NCBI GenBank assembly: GCA_001780035.1
Contig: MFEY01000007.1
Coordinates: 6,212-70,211, forward strand
Direction of reading: 5' to 3'
Source of the DNA: Candidatus Doudnabacteria bacterium RIFCSPHIGHO2_12_FULL_48_16
GTDB lineage: Bacteria; Patescibacteriota; Doudnabacteria; UBA920; O2-02-FULL-48-8
Length of the DNA stretch: 64,000 bases
The position numbers and the translations under genes are program-made. Positions 9,013 to 18,927 of this stretch are shown one piece after another (within the stretch, counting starts at the first letter, position 1; the number at the start of each line of letters is the position of its first letter). The notes under the pieces are model-generated. The model searched no databases. It was not told the origin of the DNA and saw only the letters and a list, made by a program, of their open reading frames with translations.

Positions 9013-10278
9013 ATGAACCTCAAAGCTAGATTTTCTCTGATCGGCGCCGGCATTATAATTTTTCTGATTATTACCCCGCTGCTGGTATTATACGCCCGTG
9101 GTTTTAAATATGATTTTAGCACAGGCCAAGTGGTCAAAACTGGCACTTTGGTGGTCAAAACCGACCCGGCCAAGGCCGCCGTCTGGCTCAACGGTAACCA
9201 ACAAAAAAACGACACGCCGCTGGTGGTGCGGTTTCTGTCCCCGAAAGATTATGAAATCAGCGTGACCAAAGACGGTTACCAGCCGTGGACCAAGCGCCTG
9301 AGCGTCAATGCGCAATATGTCACCTGGGCGGCCCAAAATCGCGATTACATCAATTTATTTTTCCAAACCCCGAAATTGGAGCAAACTCAACCGGTCGTCC
9401 TTGCCACTTTTTCAAAAAATCGCGATGAAATATTTTTTACCACTTCGGACAATTCAGCCCGAAGCTTAAATGTCAACAACGGCCAAACTGCACCGCTCGG
9501 TCCGGCCGTCACGTCCGATATCGCCAGTTTAACCGATCCCCGGCTTGTCTGGAGCGATGCGGCAAAAATCTATGAAATGATGCTGACCAAAGATAAACCA
9601 GGCCTGCCGGGCGCCCTGGCCGCTCAAATCGAATATGTGGAATCCAACGACGATCAGGTCTTGTTTATCGCCGGCCATAATCTTTATGTTTACAGTCCCG
9701 CCCAAATCAAATTGATTGAACGCAGCGTGGCGGCCGGAACGCTCACCTCTGATGGGACGATCTGGTATGTTCACGCCAATAATCTCTATCGGTGGCGGCC
9801 CAATTCGGAAAAACCGGACATTATTCAGTCCCGCCTGCCGGCTTCCCAGGCCGCGTCCTTGCTCGTTGCAGATAATCGGATTTTTTTAACCCTCGACCAG
9901 ACGCTTTATACCATCAACGAAACTCTGGAGCCGGTTTATTCCCCGGTAACTTTTGCTCAGTGGAACGCCTCAGCCGGGCAGCTTGTTTATAGCAACGGCC
10001 ACGAAGCTCAAATTTATAACCCGAACACCAAGAAATCCCAGCTGGTCCTGCGCAGCCTGGATGCTTTTACCGACCCGATCTTTAACAATGAAACCGGCTA
10101 CCTCTTCTACCAACAAAACGGCCAAATCAGGGCAATTGAACTCGATGACCGGAACGGTCAAAACTCGTATACAATTATTACAAACGTCAGTGTTGGCGCG
10201 AAATTTGAAATTTCCCGCTCCGGCCAGAAAATCTATGTTTACGATCAAAGAATGATTAAAGAATATACTATCCGTTAA
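9013..10278 (+). CDS. PEGA-domain membrane-anchored protein
   Basis: N-terminal TM, YARGFKY, YEISVTKDGYQPW. Confidence 0.75.
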   Translation: MNLKARFSLIGAGIIIFLIITPLLVLYARGFKYDFSTGQVVKTGTLVVKTDPAKAAVWLNGNQQKNDTPLVVRFLSPKDYEISVTKDGYQPWTKRLSVNAQYVTWAAQNRDYINLFFQTPKLEQTQPVVLATFSKNRDEIFFTTSDNSARSLNVNNGQTAPLGPAVTSDIASLTDPRLVWSDAAKIYEMMLTKDKPGLPGALAAQIEYVESNDDQVLFIAGHNLYVYSPAQIKLIERSVAAGTLTSDGTIWYVHANNLYRWRPNSEKPDIIQSRLPASQAASLLVADNRIFLTLDQTLYTINETLEPVYSPVTFAQWNASAGQLVYSNGHEAQIYNPNTKKSQLVLRSLDAFTDPIFNNETGYLFYQQNGQIRAIELDDRNGQNSYTIITNVSVGAKFEISRSGQKIYVYDQRMIKEYTIR

Positions 10279-10685
10279 GCTTGTTGTTCGTCCAATGCTT
10301 CGTTGACCAACTGGTCAGCGATTTTATTTTGGGCACGGGGCACGTGATTAAATTCCACCTGCAAAAATTTTTGGGTCAAAGCCAGGACTTCCGCAGCCAG
10401 GGATTTAAGTCCTGGTTCTTTTATTTTATATTGGCCCGTGAGCTGTCTGACGACTAGCTCGGAATCTAACCGGCAAACCACGCGCTCAAACCCGAGTTTA
10501 TTCGCTTCTATCAAGGCAGCGATTAAAGCGCGGTATTCAGCTTGATTGTTAGTCGCCACGCCCAAATAATGCTTAAAACGCTTTAATTCTTTGCCGCCGG
10601 CATCAAAAATAACGAAGCCAATCCCTCCTGGTCCCGGGTTACCCCTTGCTCCTCCGTCCGAATAGATAATTAATTTATCATTCAT
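10275..10685 (-). CDS. rnhA: Ribonuclease HI
   Basis: DGGARGNPG, TNNQAEY, DSELVV, NKIAD. Confidence 0.92.
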   Translation of the reverse strand: MNDKLIIYSDGGARGNPGPGGIGFVIFDAGGKELKRFKHYLGVATNNQAEYRALIAALIEANKLGFERVVCRLDSELVVRQLTGQYKIKEPGLKSLAAEVLALTQKFLQVEFNHVPRAQNKIADQLVNEALDEQQA

Positions 10686-12388
10686 AATTTTTGATTTATA
10701 ATTCGCATGTCGATAATTTTAAATTCCATATCCTTGCGGCCATTCCATTCATTGGCCGTGAGTTCAAACACCGCGTCGAATTTTGTTCCCAAAATCAACT
10801 GGTTCGCCAAGAATCCTTGATTAAATGCAATTGCGCCTAATCGATGGTCGCCGAACTTTGCTTTTAACTTCAAATGCTGATTAGCGTTACCAACTGTGCG
10901 GTATTCTAAAATTTCCAAATCGCGGCCAGAGAGTTTGGGTTTGGGGTTACCCATACCAAAGGGAGCTAGTTTTTCAATCAGTTCTAGAGTTGGCCACGAA
11001 ACATCTGACGGCGAAACTTCCGCATCAATATGCAAAACCGGATCGCTTAAAGTTAGGCTCAAACTTTCCGCATATTCTAAAAGTTTTTGATGTAAATTCT
11101 CCAACCTTTCGTGAGAGGTGCTAAACCCGGCGGCTTGGGTGTGGCCACCGTATTTTTCTAAATGCTCTTGGGAATACCCCAAACCAGCCACAATGTCGAA
11201 TTCTGCAATTGATCGGGCTGAGCCTGTGGCCGCCCCGGCCGCGTCCACGCTGACCACTAGAACGGGTCGGTTGTGCTCTTCCATCAGCTTGCCGGCAACC
11301 AAGCCCACTACGCCCTTCGGCCAATCTGTGCCGGAAACCAATAATACTTTTTTGTCCAAATTCAATTCAGCCTGGGCCCGCGCTTCGCTAAGCACCTGAT
11401 CAGTCAGAATTTGGCGCTGACGATTAAGATCAATCACTTCTTTGGCCAATTGTTCGGCTTCAGCCTTGTCATCTGAAATCAAAAGTTTGAACGCCACGTC
11501 CGCGTGCTTGATACGGCCGGCGGCGTTGATCGGCGGCGCTAAAATAAAACCCAAAGTGAATGTATCGAATTTCTGGCCCTCAATCCCGGCAGTTTTGATT
11601 AGCGCGGCCAGTCCCGGCCAACGGGTTTTGGGCAAAACTTTAAGCCCGAAATTAACCAGGATACGATTTTCGCCGGTCAGACTCTGCAGGTCAGCCACTG
11701 TGCCGATCGCCACTAAATCCAAGAGCCATTTTTCCCACCCATCCGTAATTCGTAATTCGTAATTCGTAATTCGACTAAATAGGCCTTGAACCAGCTTATA
11801 CGCCACCCCAACCCCGGTCAAATACAGAAACGGATAATTATCCGCCGGATTTTTGGGATTGATCACGGCAAACGCTTCCGGCAAATCGCCGATAACTTCG
11901 TGGTGATCGGTAATAATCAAATCGATCCCCAACTCGCGGCAAATTAATGCTTCGGCGCGGGCGTTAATCCCGCAATCAACCGTAATGATAACTTTGGCAT
12001 TCTGAGCGTGTAGTTGCTTAATTCCTTCGGCGCTCATCCCATAACCTTCGCTAAATCGATCCGGGATATAATAAATCACTTGCGCGCCGAGTTTCTTTAA
12101 GGCCAAGTAAGCGACCGCGCAAGCAGTCACCGCATCCGCGTCATAATCCGCGTAAATCGCGATAATCTCTTTTTGTGCAATCGCGCGCTCGATCCGTTCG
12201 ACAGCCTTCTGCATATCCTGAAACAAGAACGGATCATGCAGTTTGGCGTAATCCGGGTCCAAAAAATCGCGGATCGCTTCGGCCTCAGTAATCCCGCGCA
12301 AAGCGAGCAACCGCAAAATGAGCGGCGAGTATTCTGCCAAATCCGGTATTGCGGTTTTCAGTTCTTTGGTTCGCCACTGTTTTTTCAT
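10682..12388 (-). CDS. recJ: ssDNA exonuclease RecJ
   Basis: DYDAD, TDHH, GSARS, GGH motifs. Confidence 0.96.
   Translation of the reverse strand: MKKQWRTKELKTAIPDLAEYSPLILRLLALRGITEAEAIRDFLDPDYAKLHDPFLFQDMQKAVERIERAIAQKEIIAIYADYDADAVTACAVAYLALKKLGAQVIYYIPDRFSEGYGMSAEGIKQLHAQNAKVIITVDCGINARAEALICRELGIDLIITDHHEVIGDLPEAFAVINPKNPADNYPFLYLTGVGVAYKLVQGLFSRITNYELRITDGWEKWLLDLVAIGTVADLQSLTGENRILVNFGLKVLPKTRWPGLAALIKTAGIEGQKFDTFTLGFILAPPINAAGRIKHADVAFKLLISDDKAEAEQLAKEVIDLNRQRQILTDQVLSEARAQAELNLDKKVLLVSGTDWPKGVVGLVAGKLMEEHNRPVLVVSVDAAGAATGSARSIAEFDIVAGLGYSQEHLEKYGGHTQAAGFSTSHERLENLHQKLLEYAESLSLTLSDPVLHIDAEVSPSDVSWPTLELIEKLAPFGMGNPKPKLSGRDLEILEYRTVGNANQHLKLKAKFGDHRLGAIAFNQGFLANQLILGTKFDAVFELTANEWNGRKDMEFKIIDMRIINQKL
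11744..11771. repeat. Four perfect CGTAATT heptamers inside recJ
   Basis: Direct reading; encodes RITNYELRIT. Confidence 0.9.
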
Positions 12389-13116
12389 GCAATTGCATCC
12401 AAAATAATTTGGTTAACTTTTTTAACTTCGTCCAGATTGCGCCGGTAATCATGACCAACGCCACGAACCAGAATAAATTTTTTCGGTTCATTAGCTTCGT
12501 CAAAAATCTTTTGTATGGTTTCTGGTGGACAGATTGTATCTTTTTCTCCGGCTATTAGTAATATAGGAATATGCAATCCCTTTATCTTGTCCAGCGTATC
12601 GTATTTACTTGAATCTTCAAAAAAGGACAGGGGTACTGAATATTGTTTATTTTGAGTAGGGTTACCAGGAATATCTCGATTGTTAACCTCAACTGCTCGG
12701 TTATTACGTAAAGTTTTTTTGTTGCTCGACATAATAGCCAGAACCTTAGAAATATCTGGATCTGATTCGGCATAAAGTAAAGACATCCTTCCTCCCATAC
12801 TATGGCCGCCGGCGAGGAGAAAATTATATGTGCCATTTGCCAACATATAATTTTTTACGCTTCTTATATCATTTAAATACTGAGTGGTTGTGTAGTCTGA
12901 GATTGATCCCTCGCTTTCCCAAGTACCCGTAGGATCAAAACGGACAACAGTATACCCTTTTGCAGCTAAATCGTTAGCCAAATAAAGCAACCCATTATAA
13001 TCTTTCGAATCCAGATAACCTGGACACAAAATCGCCAACTTGTCAGTAACTTGGGTTGACCGGTGAATCGCCGCTGCTAATTTATTTTTTCCAGATGGGA
13101 TTTTAACTAGTTCCAT
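12385..13116 (-). CDS. Alpha/beta hydrolase (AT-rich)
   Basis: GHSMGG nucleophile elbow, GEKD, GHD. Confidence 0.88.
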   Translation of the reverse strand: MELVKIPSGKNKLAAAIHRSTQVTDKLAILCPGYLDSKDYNGLLYLANDLAAKGYTVVRFDPTGTWESEGSISDYTTTQYLNDIRSVKNYMLANGTYNFLLAGGHSMGGRMSLLYAESDPDISKVLAIMSSNKKTLRNNRAVEVNNRDIPGNPTQNKQYSVPLSFFEDSSKYDTLDKIKGLHIPILLIAGEKDTICPPETIQKIFDEANEPKKFILVRGVGHDYRRNLDEVKKVNQIILDAIA

Positions 13117-13889
13117 AAAATTTTTTTTAAATTACTACCGGTTTTAATTAAAGTGAATAACTCGTCATAAAATTCCGGGTTACCACCCACAAAAACTCTA
13201 TCCGATGGATTAATATTGGTCGCGCCTTCGATATTAGTAAATTTACCGCCGGCTTCTTGAATAATAAACCCTCCAGCAAACTCTGGAAATGCATCTTTAG
13301 TAAAGGTCGCGATACCATCAACACGGCCGCAAGCGACGGCGCAATATTCAACTGCGATCGAATTCCAGTTATTTTCAACCATATAACCACTTAGTAAGTT
13401 TGCTACTTTCTCGATCACTTCCGGTCTTTTCCATGCAATAGATGGTCTTAAGATAACCTTGCTATGTGCTTGGCTAACTTTTATGGGCCGATTATTTAGA
13501 AATGCTCCCTTACCTGCGAAAGCTGTAAATAATTCATCTGCTGTGGGATTATAGACTGCAGCAAAGACCGTCATATGATTAACTAGATGCGAGATTACTA
13601 TTGAGTATGAATTTGGCGCTCCTTTAATAAACCCACTCGTCCCGCTTATCGGATCCACCACCCAAAGATTATCGGAGTTTTGAAATAAGTCATGTTCCTC
13701 TTCGGCGTAAAGTATGTGGTTGGTTCCAAAACTCGCAATAATATTTTGCAAACCTCTTTCAATGGCCAAATCTTCTTCGGTCAAGTGAACTTTTGTGATA
13801 CCAATATCAACAATATTACCGGCTCGGGTAGCTAATCTTTTACCCGACGCCACCATAAAATCAATTATTTTCTGATAATCTATATCCAT
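13107..13889 (-). CDS. Inositol monophosphatase family protein
   Basis: EE, WVVDPISGT, EAGG. Confidence 0.88.
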   Translation of the reverse strand: MDIDYQKIIDFMVASGKRLATRAGNIVDIGITKVHLTEEDLAIERGLQNIIASFGTNHILYAEEEHDLFQNSDNLWVVDPISGTSGFIKGAPNSYSIVISHLVNHMTVFAAVYNPTADELFTAFAGKGAFLNNRPIKVSQAHSKVILRPSIAWKRPEVIEKVANLLSGYMVENNWNSIAVEYCAVACGRVDGIATFTKDAFPEFAGGFIIQEAGGKFTNIEGATNINPSDRVFVGGNPEFYDELFTLIKTGSNLKKILWN

Positions 13890-13956
13890 TTATGCATCAT
13901 AACAAAAAATCGCAGGTTCGGCGATTAAATCAAAACCTATTCATAATCAACCCTTC

Positions 13957-13982
13957 GTCCAATCTTTTGACCGATCGTCCAT
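13957..13982. repeat. Left copy of a 26-bp motif flanking the PaaX-like gene
   Basis: gtccaatcttttgaccgatcgtccat; 22/26 identical to 14471-14496. Confidence 0.7.
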
Positions 13983-14001
13983 AAAGTTGTACATTATAAA
14001 T

Positions 14002-14466
14002 ATGCACAAAACTGAATTCCAAGAATTTCTCGAACAAACTGCGGGACTACTGGACGACATGGTTCTCGGCCGTTTAAGTATCCGCAGTCTTTACTATCCC
14101 CGCTCAACTTATTATTACAAATTACGAAAGTTTAAAAAACAAGGATTATTAAAGCCTCAAAACCGCAAAAAGTATCCGAATACCCTTATCCTGACTGATA
14201 AAGGCCGCGAGCTGATCAAAAAATCTAAAGCTGCTGTCAAGCGAACCGACGGTCTGTCTACTATTGTTCTGTTCGATATCCCGGAAGAAAAACGGAAGGC
14301 GCGCAATATTTTGCGGCGCTATTTATTACGTAATGGTTATATCCAGATTCAAAAAAGTGCTTTTCTGGGTCAGATTAGGTTCAGCGACGAACTTCGTGAA
14401 TTAGCCGAGGAATTAAAAATTATTACTGATCTTAAAATTATCTCCGGTCGCATCGACCAAATTTAA
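14002..14466 (+). CDS. PaaX-like regulator (wHTH plus Cas2/VapD-like domain)
   Basis: LTDKGR wing; VLFDIPEEKRKARN.LR; IQKSAF. Confidence 0.8.
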   Translation: MHKTEFQEFLEQTAGLLDDMVLGRLSIRSLYYPRSTYYYKLRKFKKQGLLKPQNRKKYPNTLILTDKGRELIKKSKAAVKRTDGLSTIVLFDIPEEKRKARNILRRYLLRNGYIQIQKSAFLGQIRFSDELRELAEELKIITDLKIISGRIDQI

Positions 14467-14470
14467 CATT

Positions 14471-14496
14471 GTCTAATTTTTTGGCCGATCGACCAT
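14471..14496. repeat. Right copy of the 26-bp motif flanking the PaaX-like gene
   Basis: gtctaattttttggccgatcgaccat. Confidence 0.7.
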
Positions 14497-14513
14497 TTAG
14501 TTGGACAATTCTG

Positions 14514-14954
14514 TCAAAATAAATTTGCTGGCGGGCGATCGTCTTCTTCCATCGGCTGTAAAGGACGATGGGCCATTCCCCGTTCAGAGTTTTTTAAAAG
14601 AGTTTTGGCGGTATCCAAAATATCAGCGGGCGGGTCGTAGCCTTTAACTTTAAACTCGACGTTAGAAAGCATTTTGGCCTGGTCGCGGTCTTTTTCCCGC
14701 CCTAAGTGGGAAAAAATAATCACCGGCACGGGAGAGAGAGCCTTGTTGTTGCGAATTTTTTCGATCAGCTCAAATCCGGTCATTCGCGGCATCATAATGC
14801 CGGTAAACAGCAAGTCGGGATATTCGCTCTGGGCTTTTTCCCAGGCCTCCTGGCCGTCGTTGGCCGGGATAACTTCATATCCCGCGGCTCTAAAAAGCTC
14901 GACGTATAAATCGCGTTGCAAAAAATCATCATCCGCTACTAGAATTTTTTTCAT
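14514..14954 (-). CDS. Single-domain response regulator receiver (atypical)
   Basis: ILVADDD, MPRMTGFEL; Gly at the phospho-Asp position (LLFTGIMMP). Confidence 0.85.
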   Translation of the reverse strand: MKKILVADDDFLQRDLYVELFRAAGYEVIPANDGQEAWEKAQSEYPDLLFTGIMMPRMTGFELIEKIRNNKALSPVPVIIFSHLGREKDRDQAKMLSNVEFKVKGYDPPADILDTAKTLLKNSERGMAHRPLQPMEEDDRPPANLF

Positions 14955-15056
14955 CCCGTTAGAAATAATGGTTAGTTAATAAATATAATTTTTTATAATC
15001 AATCCGTTGAGTGTATTCTTTGCGATAAATTCAACTATGTAAAATTTCTAACGGGA
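14954..15056. mobile_element. MITE-like element family A (TIR TCCCGTTAGAAAT) flanked by TTCA/TTCA
   Basis: Terminal inverted repeats, 103 bp, 4-bp direct flanks. Confidence 0.8.
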
Positions 15057-15057
15057 T

Positions 15058-16701
15058 TCATATCCCTGCTTGTTTGGTCAGTTGCGGCAACAAACTGATG
15101 CCGGTCATTTCAGCGGGTTTTTCTATCCCCATCAATTCTAGCATGGTCGGCGCTACGTCCGAAAGTACCCCCACGGGGACAATCCCCGCTAGCGACACAA
15201 TTCCCCCTTCTTTGGGGTGCTTGCGCTTGAGTTGGCCCATAACCGCGACTAAGGGCACCGGGTTGGTTGAATGCTCTTTATCGATCCCGCCAGATCGAAT
15301 ATCCAGCAACTCCTCGACATTGCCGTGATCCGCGGTGATCAGCAGCGCAATGTTTTGGTTTAGGCATTCGGCCGACAGTTTTTGTAGGCATTCGTCGATT
15401 ACCTTGATCGCCTTGATCGATGCCTGCATGTTTCCCGTATGCCCAACCATATCAGGGTTGGCGTAATTAATCAGGTAAAACGTATAATTTTCTTTCAGCT
15501 TCCCAATCAACTCGTCCGTTGTCTTGTATGCGGACATTTCCGGCACATCGACATAATTTTGATAATTGGACGCGGGCGAAGTGATGATTTTTCGCTCCTC
15601 GCCGGGAAAAGGATTGATCACTCCGCCGTTGAAAAACACCGAAACATGCGCGTATTTTTCTGACTCGGCAATATGAAACTGCCGCAAGCCCTTCTTGCTG
15701 ATTAACTCGGCCATGCCGTTGGTAATTTCCTGGGGCGGGAAAGCCATTTTGACATTCAGGTCGTGAGCGAATTCGGTCATGGTGACAAATAACAGGTTTT
15801 TAAAAACCTTGGCCGGCTGGGTAAATTTATTGAAATTATTCTCCGCAAACGCGCGGGTGATCTGCAGGGCGCGATCCGGCCGGAAATTAAAATGGATTAC
15901 GGCATCATTGTCGGAAACCAGCGCCGGTTTGCCCAGCCTCGACTCGCCGTCGAGGCGAGGCGGGCCATTTTCCTGCAAAATCACATTCGGCGGCACCATT
16001 TCATCAAAAATATGCTGGGCATAACTATCCTCGATCGCCGCCTGGGCCGAACCCACCTGCTTGCCTTCGCCAAAGACCATGGCACGGTAAGTTTGCTCGG
16101 TCAAATTCCAATGCTCAGCCCGATCCATGGAATAAAATCGGCCGGTCACGGTGGCAATTTTGCCGACATCAAAATTCCGCATTTTCTTGCTCAGTTTATC
16201 CAATGTTTCCAGCGCAATTTGCGGCGGCGTATCGCGGCCGTCCAAAAACATATGAATATAGACGTTTTGGATTTTTTGTTCGGCCGCCAAGCCCAATAGC
16301 GCATAAAGATGCTCGTCATAACTGTGCACGCCGCCCGGACTGACCAGCCCGACCAGATGCAGATTGGAGTTGTTCTTCTTGACATGCTCGCAAGCCTGCA
16401 GGAATGCCGGGTTCCTAAAAAAACTCCGGTCCTCGATGGATAATGTAATCCGCGATAAATCCTGGCCAATAATTCGGCCCGCGCCTAGATTCAAATGCCC
16501 GACTTCGGAATTGCCCATTTCACCCCAGGGCAGGCCCACCGACGGTCCCGAAGCCTGCAAGGTGGTGGCGGGATAATTATCGATCAGGTAATTGATGTGT
16601 GTCGGCTGCGCCATAACAATGGCATTGCCTTGCGATCCGGTGGCAATACCAAACCCGTCGAGGACCACTAAGACTAATTTTTTATAAGGTTGGATGGTCA
16701 T
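15058..16701 (-). CDS. gpmI: 2,3-BPG-independent phosphoglycerate mutase
   Basis: MGNSEVGH, DGRD, NPDMVGH, TADHGN. Confidence 0.97.
   Translation of the reverse strand: MTIQPYKKLVLVVLDGFGIATGSQGNAIVMAQPTHINYLIDNYPATTLQASGPSVGLPWGEMGNSEVGHLNLGAGRIIGQDLSRITLSIEDRSFFRNPAFLQACEHVKKNNSNLHLVGLVSPGGVHSYDEHLYALLGLAAEQKIQNVYIHMFLDGRDTPPQIALETLDKLSKKMRNFDVGKIATVTGRFYSMDRAEHWNLTEQTYRAMVFGEGKQVGSAQAAIEDSYAQHIFDEMVPPNVILQENGPPRLDGESRLGKPALVSDNDAVIHFNFRPDRALQITRAFAENNFNKFTQPAKVFKNLLFVTMTEFAHDLNVKMAFPPQEITNGMAELISKKGLRQFHIAESEKYAHVSVFFNGGVINPFPGEERKIITSPASNYQNYVDVPEMSAYKTTDELIGKLKENYTFYLINYANPDMVGHTGNMQASIKAIKVIDECLQKLSAECLNQNIALLITADHGNVEELLDIRSGGIDKEHSTNPVPLVAVMGQLKRKHPKEGGIVSLAGIVPVGVLSDVAPTMLELMGIEKPAEMTGISLLPQLTKQAGI
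15931..15965. repeat. GC-rich palindrome inserted in frame in gpmI
   Basis: gccc-a-gcctcgac-tcgcc-gtcgaggc-gaggc-gggc; encodes PPRLDGESRLG. Confidence 0.7.
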
Positions 16702-16705
16702 AAAA

Positions 16706-17947
16706 TCACTTCCCTTCCAATGCCTTAATTGCCGGTAATTCTTTGCCGGCTAAAAATTCCAGCATGGCGCCGCCGCCGGTGGAAACATGATCCACGAACT
16801 GCGAGACTTTGGCCAGGTCAAACACTTCCACCGTTTCCCCGCCGCCGATCACTCCGAACGCCTTGCCTTTTGACCGGCTGGCGAACACTTGCGCCAAAGA
16901 CTTGCTGCCAAAAGCAAATTTCGGATTTTCGAACAAGCCAAACGGCCCGTTCCAAACCAAGGTTTGGGCCTGCTTGATCAGGCCGGAAAATTTGCGCACG
17001 CTTTCCGGTCCAATGTCCAGAATCTGCTCGGCTTTTTTTACACCATCCACTTTGACTAAGCTAGCTGTGCCGGCCGGGTTTGGGGCCGTAACCAAATCCA
17101 CGGGTAAAACAATTTTGGTTTTGTAGCTCCGCAGCAATTGCCTGGCCAGCGGAACATCGGAAACTTTTGACCCGCCAATTTCATAACCGTGCGCGGCCAA
17201 AAAGGCATTCGCCACGGCCCCGCCGACAATGATCTGTGAGGCGTGCTGGGCCAGATTGTGAATTGTTTCAATTTTATCATCAATTTTTGCTCCGCCGACC
17301 ATAAACACAAACGGCTGGGCCGGGTTGCTGATGATTTTCTGCAGTGATCTAATCTCTTTGATGAAATTCACACCACCATAGGCCGGCAGCTTACGAGCCA
17401 AGCCGAAGGTCGAAGCATCCTTGCGGTGGGCTACCGAGAACGCCTCATTGACGTAAACGTCGCCAAACCGGGCCAGAACCTCGACAAACTCTTCATCGTT
17501 TTGCTGTTCGCCCGGATAAAACCGCAAATTTTCCAGAAACAAAATGTTACCGGCCGAAATTTTTTTGCTCCAGCCGGAGTGGTCTTGCTTAGTGATGTCT
17601 TGGGCAAAAAAATACAGGTGGGGCACGGAATAGCTCGGTATCCGATCCACTATCTCGACGAATTTAAAATTCAACAGTTGGGCCAATTTTTCGGCCACCG
17701 GCCGCAGACTCTTTGATTTATCCCAACCCTCCGGCCGGCCCAGATGGGACATGACGATAATTTTGGCTTTTTGTCCGATCAAATACTTCAAGGTCGACAA
17801 AACGTCTTTGATTCTCGTATCATCTGCAACTATCAATTCTTCCCCCTCCCCCTTCCCCCCTCTACCCTCTTTTAATGGCACGTCAAACCCGGCGCGCAAA
17901 ATCACGCGCCGGCCAGTTACTTTGACACTTGTAATGCTTTTTATCAT
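16706..17947 (-). CDS. pgk: Phosphoglycerate kinase
   Basis: SHLGRP, LENLRF, WNGP.G.FE, STGGGA. Confidence 0.97.
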   Translation of the reverse strand: MIKSITSVKVTGRRVILRAGFDVPLKEGRGGKGEGEELIVADDTRIKDVLSTLKYLIGQKAKIIVMSHLGRPEGWDKSKSLRPVAEKLAQLLNFKFVEIVDRIPSYSVPHLYFFAQDITKQDHSGWSKKISAGNILFLENLRFYPGEQQNDEEFVEVLARFGDVYVNEAFSVAHRKDASTFGLARKLPAYGGVNFIKEIRSLQKIISNPAQPFVFMVGGAKIDDKIETIHNLAQHASQIIVGGAVANAFLAAHGYEIGGSKVSDVPLARQLLRSYKTKIVLPVDLVTAPNPAGTASLVKVDGVKKAEQILDIGPESVRKFSGLIKQAQTLVWNGPFGLFENPKFAFGSKSLAQVFASRSKGKAFGVIGGGETVEVFDLAKVSQFVDHVSTGGGAMLEFLAGKELPAIKALEGK

Positions 17948-17971
17948 AAATCGTATAATCTCCTCGAAACC

Positions 17972-18085
17972 GTCTTTGCGAGCGGCCGCTTTATAATCTA
18001 TATAAACTTAGCGGCCGCGAAGCAATCTCTTTATTGGGGTAAGATTGCTTCGTCGTCCCGACAAGTCGGGACTCCTCGCAAAGAC
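17972..18085. repeat. Composite palindromic repeat family B (GTCTTTGCGAG...AAGCAATCT...AGATTGCTTCG...CTCGCAAAGAC)
   Basis: Five related copies in window. Confidence 0.85.
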
Positions 18086-18099
18086 AGAAAAAATAATAT

Positions 18100-18279
18100 C
18101 TATCTTTTCTTCGTCTTCGCATCCCTGATCATCACTCCGCCCGGGACTTTCGTCAGCAGCAAATACTGACGTTCGCGCCAGCCAAACGACCGGATAAACT
18201 CTGCGGGAACAATCAGCGCCAGGGATTTTCCCGCGCCAACTCTGGTCAGTTTTCTTTTTGAATTGATCGGCCTTGCCAT
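18100..18279 (-). CDS. AbrB/MazE/SpoVT-like small DNA-binding protein (59 aa; below ORF-track cutoff)
   Basis: MARPINSKRKLTRVGAGKSLALIVPAEFIRSFGWRERQYLLLTKVPGGVMIRDAKTKKR. Confidence 0.75.
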   Translation of the reverse strand: MARPINSKRKLTRVGAGKSLALIVPAEFIRSFGWRERQYLLLTKVPGGVMIRDAKTKKR

Positions 18280-18283
18280 ATTT

Positions 18284-18307
18284 AACTACTTACTTAAGTA
18301 AGTAGTT
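18284..18307. promoter_or_regulatory. Perfect 24-bp palindrome, putative operator
   Basis: AACTACTTACTT|AAGTAAGTAGTT directly upstream of the AbrB-like ATG. Confidence 0.6.
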
Positions 18308-18321
18308 TAGTGCTGAGTTAC

Positions 18322-18927
18322 TTATTTCGTAAACTTGAAAGTGGACAGGATTTGATCCACCAAAGGAGATACTTTATTAACATAATCATTACTATCGCTT
18401 AAAACATCCGTAAAACTTAGAAAATAAGTTAGAGCAAATGCATTGTTGTTTTTTTCAAAGACAACAATTCTCATGACCCCTAATCCTGTATCGTAGACCA
18501 ATTCGAACGCATCTTCCTGCGCAAATACTATTTTCTGGTTAGATATTAATTTGAACCCTCTAGCCGCGTTGTAAACATTTAACCAATTATTTGCTACTGT
18601 CGATGCCGCTTTATTTTCATATACATACCAGACTGTACCCGAGGGTGCCTGACCTTGAACTTTAGGACCTGTTACCGATACTAAATTCTCATACCACAGC
18701 GAATCGCTCGCGTCGGACTTTGGAAGATGTCTGTCGATTAACTCCCAATTGCTTGGATACTTAAACTCAAACCCGTATTTGGTATTGGTATAAGTTTTCC
18801 AATTCACGGTTTCATTTGTTGTGACTGGAGCCTTAACAATTCTGGGATTCTGCCACAGGTAAATGCCACCGACCACAACGATGGCGGCCGCAGCGAGAAA
18901 TAGATAGCCTAAAATTTTATGCTTCAT
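18322..18927 (-). CDS. Membrane-anchored PsbP-like surface protein
   Basis: [22 protein letters not shown]-terminal QILSTFKFTK. Confidence 0.75.
   Translation of the reverse strand: MKHKILGYLFLAAAAIVVVGGIYLWQNPRIVKAPVTTNETVNWKTYTNTKYGFEFKYPSNWELIDRHLPKSDASDSLWYENLVSVTGPKVQGQAPSGTVWYVYENKAASTVANNWLNVYNAARGFKLISNQKIVFAQEDAFELVYDTGLGVMRIVVFEKNNNAFALTYFLSFTDVLSDSNDYVNKVSPLVDQILSTFKFTK

Noticed and set aside
14002-14466. Cas2-like motif suggesting a CRISPR-Cas locus
   Set aside because: No cas1, effector genes or repeat-spacer array; the domain layout fits PaaX-like regulators
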